From Calditrichaceae bacterium (GTDB taxonomy: Bacteria > Calditrichota > Calditrichia > Calditrichales > JBFXGD01), in assembly GCA_050173015.1 (NCBI GenBank), contig JBFXLE010000011.1:1-64000 (forward strand): a stretch of 64,000 bases of DNA, in the 5' to 3' direction. Positions 39,183-48,086 of the stretch are shown piece by piece. Each line of letters opens with the position of its first letter. Within the stretch, counting starts at the first letter, position 1. Both the position numbers and the translations under genes were made by a program. A model generated the notes under the pieces. It worked only from the letters and a program-made list of their open reading frames with translations. It made no database searches and was not told where the DNA came from.

Positions 39183-40469
39183 ATGCTCAAAAATCATCCT
39201 AAAGGGTTGATGACCCTGTTTTTTACAGAGATGTGGGAACGGTTCGGATTTTATACCATGCTTGCTGTTTTTGTGCTTTACATGGATGAGTCCTTCGGCT
39301 GGACGGATTCGCAGAAGGGTGATGTTTACGGGATATTCCTGGCCTTTGTGTATTTTACTCCGATTGCAGGTGGATGGATTGCAGACCGTCTTTTGGGTTA
39401 CAGAAAAACCATCATGTTGGGCGCTGTGATTCTGGGTATCGGATACGCCATGCTTGCCTATTCCGGTCTGGAAAAACTGTGGCTTTTTTATAGCGCGCTC
39501 ACGGTCATGGTTATAGGTAACGGATTATTCAAAGCGAATATATCGGTTTTGGTTGGCAATTTATATGAACCCGGCAGTCAATTTAAAGATGTCGGTTACA
39601 ATATTTTCTATATGGGAATTAATCTCGGGGCTTTCATCGCTCCGCTTGCCGCCACTTGGTTGCATGATTATTTCGGTACTTATAACGCTGCTTTTGGGGC
39701 TGCGGCTGTCGGAATGGTTATGTCGTTGCTTGTATTCGAAGTATTTAAAAAGAATTATATCCATGCTGATAACAAAAATGTCGCGGGCGCTGCAAACCAG
39801 AAATTGCAGGAAGGCGAACAATTGAGCCCGGAAGTAGAAAAAGAGCGAATATTTGCACTGGTCACGGTATTTGCCATTGTTGTTTTCTTTTGGATGTCAT
39901 TTCATCAGAACGGTTTCGCGTTAACTCTGTTTGCTCAACGTTCAACAGTAAAACTTGATTGGCTGAAACCTGAAACCTATGCTACATTTAACCCGTTATT
40001 TATACTTATTCTCACTCCGGTAGTGGTTGCATTTTTTAATTGGTTGAAGAAAAAAGGAAAAGAACCCTCAACACCGGCAAAAATGGGATTTGGTATGATG
40101 ATATCCGGAGCGGCCATGCTGGTAATGGTCATTGCCTCTCTGATGGGTGGAAACGCGGATGCAAACGATATGTCACCAAACTGGCTGATCTCAACATATT
40201 TTGTGATCACTTTCGGTGAATTGTTTTTGAGTCCGATGGGTCTTTCATTTGTGTCAAAGGTAGCGCCGGCGCGTATGCGCGGGTTAATGATGGGTGGCTG
40301 GTTTGCCGCCACCGCCATCGGTAATTATCTATCGGGTTTTATCGGCAAATTTTATAACACCTTAACCCATGATCAGTTCTACGGAATATTGGTTGTCCTG
40401 CTGCTTCTTTCAGCTTTAATGATCAGGATCAGACTGAATAAATTAAAACATGCTGTCAGGGGTACCTGA
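39183..40469 (+). CDS. Proton-dependent oligopeptide transporter (POT/PTR, MFS)
   Basis: ExxERFxY motif (TEMWERFGFY), GGWIADRLLG and FYMGINLG. Confidence 0.95.
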   Translation: MLKNHPKGLMTLFFTEMWERFGFYTMLAVFVLYMDESFGWTDSQKGDVYGIFLAFVYFTPIAGGWIADRLLGYRKTIMLGAVILGIGYAMLAYSGLEKLWLFYSALTVMVIGNGLFKANISVLVGNLYEPGSQFKDVGYNIFYMGINLGAFIAPLAATWLHDYFGTYNAAFGAAAVGMVMSLLVFEVFKKNYIHADNKNVAGAANQKLQEGEQLSPEVEKERIFALVTVFAIVVFFWMSFHQNGFALTLFAQRSTVKLDWLKPETYATFNPLFILILTPVVVAFFNWLKKKGKEPSTPAKMGFGMMISGAAMLVMVIASLMGGNADANDMSPNWLISTYFVITFGELFLSPMGLSFVSKVAPARMRGLMMGGWFAATAIGNYLSGFIGKFYNTLTHDQFYGILVVLLLLSALMIRIRLNKLKHAVRGT

Positions 40470-40485
40470 TCACATAGTTTTTTAT

Positions 40486-40523
40486 AAAAGAGGTATTCGA
40501 ATGTTCGGATACCTCTTTTTTTT
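40486..40523 (+). terminator. Intrinsic terminator after the POT transporter
   Basis: aaaagaggtattcgaa-tg-ttcggatacctctttttttt. Confidence 0.85.
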
Positions 40524-40645
40524 GTCTTTCTAATTACATTGAATTAAACAGATTATGGCATTATCTTATCAAAACGATGTAATACTCTTTTTCTTTTGAA
40601 TGATGTTGGATAGTAGAAAAATGAATCGATATAAGAGGTCTCCGA

Positions 40646-42481
40646 GTGGGGTATAAAAGCACAGCGGAATGTGTGAATGATCTGGAAAAACATGGTCATC
40701 TTATAAAAATAAAAGAAGAAACAGATCCATATCTGGAGATGGCGGAAATTCAGAGAAGGGTTTATGAAGCGGACGGGCCCGCAATATATTTTGAGCGGGT
40801 AAAAGGGAGTCCTTTTCCTGCCGTGTCAAATCTGTTTGGATCCTTAGCCAGAGCAAAATTTATCTTTAGGGATACTCTTGATGCTGTAGAGAAATTAGTC
40901 GCTCTTAAAGGTGATCCCTCCCTGGCGGTAAGAAATCCATCAAAATGGAGCGCCATTTCAAAAACTTTGTATCATTCATGGCCGAAAAGAGTCTTCGGGG
41001 GCCCGGTACTTTCCCAACAAACAACGATCGATCAATTGCCGCAGATCCAATCCTGGCCCGGGGATGGGGGTGCGTTTATCACCCTTCCTCAGGTGTACAC
41101 TGAGCATCCCGAATTTCCGGGTATTATGAAATCTAACCTTGGAATGTATCGAATTCAGCTTGCCGGTAACCGTTATGAATTGAATCATGAAGTGGGGCTG
41201 CATTATCAGATCCACCGGGGAATTGGAACCCACCATGCCGCCGCGTTACGTAGAGGTGAGCCTCTTAAAGTCAGTGTCTTTGTCGGAGGCCCGCCCGCTA
41301 ATACTTTCGCGGCGGTGATGCCTTTACCCGAAGGACTGCCGGAGGTTGCTTTCTCGGGCGCTCTGAACGGCAGACGTTTCAGGTATTTACGCAGAAAAGG
41401 ATATACAATCGCGGCAGAAGCCGATTTTTGCATAACCGGTACGGTAACGCCGGGCGATCTGCTTCCCGAAGGGCCCTTTGGAGATCATCTTGGATATTAC
41501 AGCATGAAACATGATTTCCCGGTGCTTAAGATCGATAAAGTGTATCACAGAAGGGATGCGGTCTGGCCTTTTACGGTAGTCGGCAGGCCACCACAGGAGG
41601 ATACGGTTTTTGGACAGCTTGTTCATGATATCACCGGACCGGTAATTCCTGAAACCATTGCCGGGTTAAAGGCTGTCCACGCGGTTGACGCCGCCGGAGT
41701 CCATCCGCTATTGCTGGCCATCGGCAGCGAGCGTTATGTGCCCTATGAAAATGACCGTCAACCCCGCGAAATTCTGACAATCGCTAACGCCATCCTTGGA
41801 TTTGGACAATTGTCACTGGCGAAATATTTGTTTATTACCGCGCGGGAAGATAATCCCGGGTTGAATATCCACGAGATTGATGAATATCTAATGCATGTCT
41901 TTGAGCGGGTGGATTGGAAACGTGATCTTCATTTTCAGACAAATACCACCATTGATACTCTGGATTATTCCGGCACCGGATTAAATGAAGGGTCCAAGGT
42001 AATTATCGCGGCAGCAGGAAGAAAGCGCCGGACTCTTTTACAGAAATTACCGCTAAATTTGAAGCTCCCCGATGACTTTAACGATCCAAAGTTAGTCATG
42101 CCGGGGGTTATAACCATAAAAGGTCCAAAATTTGAAGAAACAAAATTCGGATATCAGGCTATGGAACAACTTAACGCATGGCTGGATACCCACAAGGGCG
42201 TGGGCGGAATCGCGATGATCGTGGTGGTCGATGACAGTAAATTTGTTTCTCAGAACCTGAAAAATTTCTTATGGGTGACATTTACAAGATCAAATCCGTC
42301 CCATGATATTTACGGAGTCGACAGCTTTTCTTCTCATAAACATTGGGGATGCGGCGGGCCGTTGATTATTGATGCCAGAATCAAGCCGCATCACGCGCCT
42401 CCGCTTGTCGAGAATCCGGAAATCACTAAAAGAGTGGATGCTCTCGGCGCCAGGGGCGGTAGTTTGCACGGAATAATTTAG
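40646..42481 (+). CDS. UbiD family prFMN-dependent decarboxylase
   Basis: DGGAFITLP, NLGMYRIQ, EGPFGDHLGYY and VVGRPPQED; GTG start. Confidence 0.93.
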   Translation: MGYKSTAECVNDLEKHGHLIKIKEETDPYLEMAEIQRRVYEADGPAIYFERVKGSPFPAVSNLFGSLARAKFIFRDTLDAVEKLVALKGDPSLAVRNPSKWSAISKTLYHSWPKRVFGGPVLSQQTTIDQLPQIQSWPGDGGAFITLPQVYTEHPEFPGIMKSNLGMYRIQLAGNRYELNHEVGLHYQIHRGIGTHHAAALRRGEPLKVSVFVGGPPANTFAAVMPLPEGLPEVAFSGALNGRRFRYLRRKGYTIAAEADFCITGTVTPGDLLPEGPFGDHLGYYSMKHDFPVLKIDKVYHRRDAVWPFTVVGRPPQEDTVFGQLVHDITGPVIPETIAGLKAVHAVDAAGVHPLLLAIGSERYVPYENDRQPREILTIANAILGFGQLSLAKYLFITAREDNPGLNIHEIDEYLMHVFERVDWKRDLHFQTNTTIDTLDYSGTGLNEGSKVIIAAAGRKRRTLLQKLPLNLKLPDDFNDPKLVMPGVITIKGPKFEETKFGYQAMEQLNAWLDTHKGVGGIAMIVVVDDSKFVSQNLKNFLWVTFTRSNPSHDIYGVDSFSSHKHWGCGGPLIIDARIKPHHAPPLVENPEITKRVDALGARGGSLHGII

Positions 42482-42526
42482 CGCCAATTTGAAAAATTAA
42501 ATTCTCTATCCAAAAAGGAGCGGGAA

Positions 42527-43885
42527 ATGAGCAGAAAAATAGTAGTCATCGGCGGTGTTGCCGCGGGTATGTCCGCTGCAAGCAGAGCCAGAAGAAATGA
42601 TCCTGATGCATCGATCATTGTCTTTCAGAAAGAAAACGCGGTTTCTTACGGATCCTGCGGTTTACCCTATTATATTGCTGACGATATCAAAGAAGCTGAA
42701 ACTCTGATTGCCATTTCAGCAGATGAATTCAGGCAGAAACGAAATATTGAAGTCCGTTTAAATCACGAGGGAATATCCTTTAATCCCAGGGAGAAGACGG
42801 TCGAAATACGAGATCTCGGGACAGGGATGATTCATGACTATCCTTATGATAAATTAATTATTGCCACCGGCGCGCGGGCGGCGTTACCTCCCATTCCCGG
42901 CAAAGAATTAAAAAATGTTTTTGTGGTCAGAAATCTGACCGACGGACAGAACATAAAATCACACATCGAGAATGATCGTCCGGCAACTGCGGTAGTTGTG
43001 GGCGGCGGCTATATCGGTCTGGAAATGGCCGAAGCTCTCTCAAGGCAGGGGCTTCGTGTTTCGGTTGTCGAGGCGCAGGAACGGGTTATGCTGAACATAG
43101 ACCCTGAATTATCTGAAAAAATTGAATCAGAAATGGAAGAAAAAGGGTGCAAAGTATATACTTCAAACGGTGTTCAGGCCATTCTCGGCTCCGATCGTGT
43201 AAATAGTGTGCGTTTAATGAACGGGGATGAGATTGCCGCTGACATGGTGATTTTATCGGTTGGAGTAAAGCCAAATGTTGAATTTGCAATTACCGGAGGC
43301 GTACGTACAGGAAAAACCGGCGCCATAGAGGTCAATCAGAAAATGGAAACAAATGTCCAGAGCGTATATGCCGCGGGTGATTGCGCGGAAGTAAAAAATC
43401 TGGTTACGAATAAAATGGATTATATCCCATTGGGGACAACAGCCAATAAACAGGGGCGGGTTGCGGGTGATAACGCCAGCGGCCGGTTTGCCAGATTTTC
43501 GGGTGTGGCAGGTACAGCGGTGGTGAAAATTTTTGATCTGGAGGTGGCGCGGACGGGAATCACAACCACACAAGCTCTAAATTTAAAGATGAATCCACGT
43601 TCCGTGATGATAACCGGTAAATCAAGGGCGGGATATTATCCCGGTAAAGAAGATATTACCCTGAAATTAATATTCCGTGGAGATAACGGCCGGTTACTCG
43701 GCGCTCACATGATGGGTAAAGAAGGGGTAGCAAAACGGATTGATGTTTTCGCGACAGCTTTACAGCAAAAAATGACAGTGATGGAAATCTCAGAACTGGA
43801 TTTGAGCTATGCTCCGCCGTATGCTCCGGTATGGGATCCGATACTGATCGCCGCAAATCAGGCAGCTAAGTCATTCGAAAAATAG
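42527..43885 (+). CDS. CoA-disulfide reductase / NADH oxidase family flavoprotein
   Basis: GGVAAGMSAA, SYGSCGLPY (single redox Cys), GGGYIGLE, YAAGD and YAPPY. Confidence 0.9.
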   Translation: MSRKIVVIGGVAAGMSAASRARRNDPDASIIVFQKENAVSYGSCGLPYYIADDIKEAETLIAISADEFRQKRNIEVRLNHEGISFNPREKTVEIRDLGTGMIHDYPYDKLIIATGARAALPPIPGKELKNVFVVRNLTDGQNIKSHIENDRPATAVVVGGGYIGLEMAEALSRQGLRVSVVEAQERVMLNIDPELSEKIESEMEEKGCKVYTSNGVQAILGSDRVNSVRLMNGDEIAADMVILSVGVKPNVEFAITGGVRTGKTGAIEVNQKMETNVQSVYAAGDCAEVKNLVTNKMDYIPLGTTANKQGRVAGDNASGRFARFSGVAGTAVVKIFDLEVARTGITTTQALNLKMNPRSVMITGKSRAGYYPGKEDITLKLIFRGDNGRLLGAHMMGKEGVAKRIDVFATALQQKMTVMEISELDLSYAPPYAPVWDPILIAANQAAKSFEK

Positions 43886-43892
43886 ACCGGTC

Positions 43893-44426
43893 TCATCGCT
43901 CAATATAATTTTTTAGCGAGGATAGATTCAAATTTATCAGCTCATTGAATGCGGGCCGGACAATTATAAAGTCCATTAGTTTTGACAGTACGGGAGGCGC
44001 CATATAAGTGATTTCCCAAATGGCTTCCGTGCTTCCGTCCGGTAGTGCTTCCAGTACAATGGACTGCCGGATATTATGAATTAACGATTTCCTTACCGTA
44101 TCGATCTGAGTAAAAGTGATCCGGTCAGATGACTCGTAAATTTCTATCCGTTCTTTAATTTTCAGCTCTCTTCCGATGATTGAATAATCTACAACACGCA
44201 GGGATTTATTAAGTGAGACTTCGGGATAAAATTCTATCTGCCGTATAGATTTATACCAATTCGAATATTCATTTGGTCCGGTAACCGCTGCCCAGACAAC
44301 CGTTTCGGGCGCCTCAATTGTAATCGATTTCCTTATACTGGTTTCGGGATTTAATATGATCCCGGTTACTAAAATGATAGAAAATAGTACGATAAGAATT
44401 GCTGAAACCACAGCTGAAGTTTTCAT
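43893..44426 (-). CDS. SRPBCC/START-like protein with N-terminal TM anchor
   Basis: SITIEAPETVVWAAV...W motif; ATGA overlap with the upstream gene's stop at 44423-44426. Confidence 0.75.
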   Translation of the reverse strand: MKTSAVVSAILIVLFSIILVTGIILNPETSIRKSITIEAPETVVWAAVTGPNEYSNWYKSIRQIEFYPEVSLNKSLRVVDYSIIGRELKIKERIEIYESSDRITFTQIDTVRKSLIHNIRQSIVLEALPDGSTEAIWEITYMAPPVLSKLMDFIIVRPAFNELINLNLSSLKNYIER

Positions 44427-45202
44427 CTGATTAAGAGCATCTTTTTGGTATGGATTTGTTTTTGTCCCGTCAGACGGTAATAATATAATCCTGACGCGGC
44501 CGGGATACCGTTTTCGGACTGTCCGTCCCATAGAACGGTGTGTCTGCCCGTATTGTATATTCCGTCTGCCAGGCTACGAACTAATCTACCCCGGCTGTCA
44601 AAAATTTGCAAACTAATTTTTTGAGGACGGTCCAGTGAGAATCTGATGGTGGTTTCGGGATTAAAGGGATTGGGAAAATTGTGATTCAGCACAAAACTGA
44701 TCGGATTTTCGGGACCGGAATCAACTGATGTTGCCAAAAGTCCGTCGATGGAAGCCCTGATATCGGAGATGTTTACGCCAAATCTTAAATATCTGATAAT
44801 TCCTTCCTGATCGACCACTACACTGTAATCATTAGCAACCTTATATGCAGCGCCGGTTTGTTGTCCGTTAAGCAGCAGAGGGTATTGAATCCCTGTACTG
44901 TTTTTAAAACTTTGGAGCTGTGAAGAGTTTCCGTTATAGTAATCAATTCCAACCGCCTGAAAAACGGTTTCACTATAATTATCCGCGATTTGGGTTTGCG
45001 TACTGCCGCCGGCAGCGAGACAAGACGGTCAATTGTATCCGACAAAAAATAGATAGATTACTTTGCCTTTATAATCACTGAGTTTAAATGTGCCTCCGTC
45101 CAGCCGGTTTAAAGTAAAATCGGGCGCCGGATCGCCTACCCCGGCAGTCAGTCCCGCTGAAAGGAGAAGTACCAATATTAACGGGAGAAACTTCGATTGC
45201 AT
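44423..45202 (-). CDS. Probable selenoprotein: signal peptide + AhpC/TSA-TlpA-like redoxin (UxxC) + Por/T9SS-type (FlgD-Ig) C-terminal domain, 259 aa
   Basis: Manual translation from ATG 45202 gives MQSKFLPLILVLLLSAGLTAGVGDPAPDFTLNRLDGGTFKLSDYKGKVIYLFFVGYN-TGA-PSCLAAGG..., continuing in frame into ORF 44423..44818 (NFPNPFNPETTIRF...TKKMLLIR). The only internal stop is at the catalytic Cys position. Confidence 0.85.
45002..45016 (-). promoter_or_regulatory. Candidate bacterial SECIS hairpin
   Basis: Minus strand GCTGCC-GGC-GGCAGT stem-loop; the G-starting loop begins 19 nt after the UGA. Confidence 0.6.
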
Positions 45203-45221
45203 TATATATCCTCATTGTATG

Positions 45222-46736
45222 TTAAAATAGACTATTTAAGCGAAATTCTAATCCTTCAAACGGCTGCACCTGATAACATATTCCGCCGGTACACGCATTA
45301 CCCCCGCGCCGTTTCCCATAGAATAAGGCGGTAGAATGATTCTGATTAATCTGATAATTCAGGCTGAATCCAAGCCATGATTTGTAAATATCATTTTGAA
45401 GCGGATTTAGGGTGTTGTTTTCTACCGGATCATTTGTCAGTTCAAACGCCAGACCACCCGCCAGATTCGGAGCGCGAGTGAACGACAAGCCAAGGTATCC
45501 GTTTTTTGTGGTGTGATTTTGCTCCTGATTAAATCGGTAGTTTCTGTCAAATTTTTGCGCCTGAATATCAACGGCAAGGCTCCAGATGCTGAGAAAATCA
45601 TGCTCCAGGGTGATTCCCGCTGTCATCCGCTCATAAACATCGATGATCGGATCCTCTGACCAGTTAATAAAAGGTCTGATCAGAAAGTAGTCATTCAGGT
45701 AATAATTGATGTCAGCATGATATTCCTGAAATGTGCGCTTAAAGCTGCCGAATTCATTAGTGGCTCTGGCGTGGTTTAGCGTTAATGTATTAAGTCCGTT
45801 GAGATTTATCAGGCTTTCGAGCTGAAAACCGCGTTCATCCTGCGGCTCGACCGAATGGGTGCTCCTGTTCAATAAAATGAAGGAATGCTCCCGGACAAGC
45901 TGCGGTGGATCATTAAAATTGAGAGTAAACTCATGATAATCCTTATATTCGGCTATTATGCTTATACGGTTATAACTAAAACTTACCGATGAATAGAAAG
46001 CATGCCGGCTTTCTGTGCCCAATCTAAAAGGATCATTCGCGTCATCCAAATCCTGGACATATTCCACGTAGTATTGACTTCCGGAGATACCGTTGCCACT
46101 CAGGTTGAACCCTCCGAATTCGGTGATCTCATTCTGGTAATCCTGACGGAGATACAACAGGCCGGGGGTCATTAAATTCCCTAAAGAAAAATTGATTTCA
46201 CCTGCCTGAAGCAGGTTTGGGCGTCGCAAATCACGGTCATTTGTCGGCGGGCGTGTTAAGTCAAGAGGTTTTCCGTATAATACTTTCGCCTGAAAAAAAT
46301 CTCCGGTATATCCCGCCGAAACTCCTTCTATATCCTTGAAGAAACCGTAATGTTGTCTTGTACCAATGTCTTCAAAAGTAACACCCGGTATCTCATAAGT
46401 GCGCAGCAGGAGACCGCGTCCGAGAATGTCAAAAAAGTTTCCAAGCCTGATCTGAAAATGGTTGTTTTGGAATTTTATATATTTTTGAGAGATTTGATTA
46501 TACCGGTGGTCATCATTGGTGACCTCGAACGATTCAGTACGCAGACCGGCACTGAAATTATTATACCGATAATCCAGATTCATCTGATTGTATAAATTGT
46601 AATGCGCGGGCTGGCCACTGTCCGGGATGTTTCCCAGTTGATATTCAAGACGGTTGGATACGGAGATTTGGCCTGATGTGATTGCGCCGGTGAATAGAAT
46701 CAGAACTAAAGGAAGCAAATAATACTTATTTTTCAA
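45222..46736 (-). CDS. DUF6029-like outer-membrane beta-barrel protein
   Basis: Signal peptide; GNFFDILGRGLLLR and EYKDY...FNDPPQLVREH; C-terminal YGKRRGGNACTGGIC...RLNSLF ending in Phe. Confidence 0.8.
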   Translation of the reverse strand: MKNKYYLLPLVLILFTGAITSGQISVSNRLEYQLGNIPDSGQPAHYNLYNQMNLDYRYNNFSAGLRTESFEVTNDDHRYNQISQKYIKFQNNHFQIRLGNFFDILGRGLLLRTYEIPGVTFEDIGTRQHYGFFKDIEGVSAGYTGDFFQAKVLYGKPLDLTRPPTNDRDLRRPNLLQAGEINFSLGNLMTPGLLYLRQDYQNEITEFGGFNLSGNGISGSQYYVEYVQDLDDANDPFRLGTESRHAFYSSVSFSYNRISIIAEYKDYHEFTLNFNDPPQLVREHSFILLNRSTHSVEPQDERGFQLESLINLNGLNTLTLNHARATNEFGSFKRTFQEYHADINYYLNDYFLIRPFINWSEDPIIDVYERMTAGITLEHDFLSIWSLAVDIQAQKFDRNYRFNQEQNHTTKNGYLGLSFTRAPNLAGGLAFELTNDPVENNTLNPLQNDIYKSWLGFSLNYQINQNHSTALFYGKRRGGNACTGGICYQVQPFEGLEFRLNSLF

Positions 46737-47232
46737 CTTTACTCTCCGGCGAATTTAATATTTTTAGGATTTCCTCTTCAATGATATTTTCATCTCCGGA
46801 ACGGTAGCCCTTGTGGATATAAATGATTTCACGATCACTGTTGATAATCAGCAGGGTTGGTATGTTGATGATGCCCAGTTCGGAGGCAAAGGAGCTGTTA
46901 GGGTCAAGAAGAATGGGATAACTTATTTTATAAGTCTTTGCGAAGGGTTTAATTTTGGCGGAATTACGCGGGCTGTCCACATTGATTCCGATAAACGCAA
47001 CGCCGCTATTTTTAAATTGTTCGGAAAGTTTGTTCAATTTTGGAAGCGCTTTCGCACAAGGTTTGCACCAGGTGGCCCAAAAATCAATAACAGTTACATT
47101 CCCGCCTTTCAGTTCAGAAAAATTTGTCCATTTATTGTCGATATTTTTTAATTTAAAATCAGGGATAGTTCTTCCGGCCAAGACGGTTTGCAACAGAATA
47201 AGAGTGAAATATATCATAAATCTGGAACGCAT
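46726..47232 (-). CDS. TlpA family disulfide reductase (exported thioredoxin)
   Basis: Signal peptide, PDFKL, IDFWATWCKPC, YPILLD and IPT. Confidence 0.93.
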   Translation of the reverse strand: MRSRFMIYFTLILLQTVLAGRTIPDFKLKNIDNKWTNFSELKGGNVTVIDFWATWCKPCAKALPKLNKLSEQFKNSGVAFIGINVDSPRNSAKIKPFAKTYKISYPILLDPNSSFASELGIINIPTLLIINSDREIIYIHKGYRSGDENIIEEEILKILNSPESKVEK

Positions 47233-47384
47233 ATTTGTTACCTCGTTCTATTTTATATATATTATTTACTAAAGAGTCTAAGAAAGACTAACGCAGGTTT
47301 TTCCCAAAACATTCTAATAACTTGAATTGTTCACGCTTATCATACTAATTTGATGAATCAAAGATATTTAACTTCAGATTGTTC

Positions 47385-47759
47385 ATGAAAAAAAAACTAA
47401 TCGAACTAAACGAAGGATTAGATAATCAGCATGTCAACCTGCTCTGTCTTGAAGTAGGAAGAGATATTCAGGTAATACTCAGCGGTGGTGCGTCCCATAT
47501 CGGCGCGATCGGATTGGGTGTGTGTTATGACAGTGATAAGGCAAACTCATCGGTAATTGCCGTTCACGGTCACAAAGAGGACGATCTTGTAAAAAAAGCG
47601 GCATACAGGTTAAGCAAGGCATTAAGAAGAAACGTAGCTGTTTCGGCCGGCATTCATTATGATGATTTAACCGGTAATGATATCTCTGCAATTCTCGCCA
47701 ATGCGGATCTATTGATTGACCGGTTAATAGAATTGCTCGAAAAAGACTCTAATCGTTAG
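47385..47759 (+). CDS. LpdD-like (prenylated-flavin chaperone / PAC-like) protein
   Basis: GRDIQVILSGG.SHIGA, GHKED and V.AGIHYD pattern. Confidence 0.7.
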   Translation: MKKKLIELNEGLDNQHVNLLCLEVGRDIQVILSGGASHIGAIGLGVCYDSDKANSSVIAVHGHKEDDLVKKAAYRLSKALRRNVAVSAGIHYDDLTGNDISAILANADLLIDRLIELLEKDSNR

Positions 47760-47842
47760 AAAAAATGAAACAAGATGCGTTTTTTTAAGTAAGAGGCTAC
47801 CACAAGCGCTAAGTCCGCTATAATATAAAATTAGGAGTAGTC

Positions 47843-47977
47843 ATGTCTGAAAAACAAACCAACAAAACATCGAAATCAAACAAAAAGAAGAACAGTCAGG
47901 TTGATGGAATCTGGATACTTGTTCTTTTTGCATTTCTTTTGATGGGTATCATCGCCATCGGTCTTTTTATTGAATAA
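47843..47977 (+). CDS. Small 44-aa single-TM protein not in the ORF track
   Basis: AGGAG RBS at 47833-47837; MSEKQTNKTSKSNKKKNSQVDGIWILVLFAFLLMGIIAIGLFIE. Confidence 0.7.
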   Translation: MSEKQTNKTSKSNKKKNSQVDGIWILVLFAFLLMGIIAIGLFIE

Positions 47978-48086
47978 AATAGCGCCGGAATATGTTCTAA
48001 AATGATCATGGACAGAATTCGTAAAATCACGCGTCGGATATTCAAATTATCATAGCGGGAATCCGCAAACTACCGGAAATATAGAT

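Noticed and set aside
44427-44531. N-terminal extension of the SRPBCC ORF
   Set aside because: It overlaps the upstream CTD-coding region; the ATGA-coupled start at 44426 is more plausible.
44818-45045. 75-aa ORF in the track
   Set aside because: Off-frame shadow of the selenoprotein reading frame.
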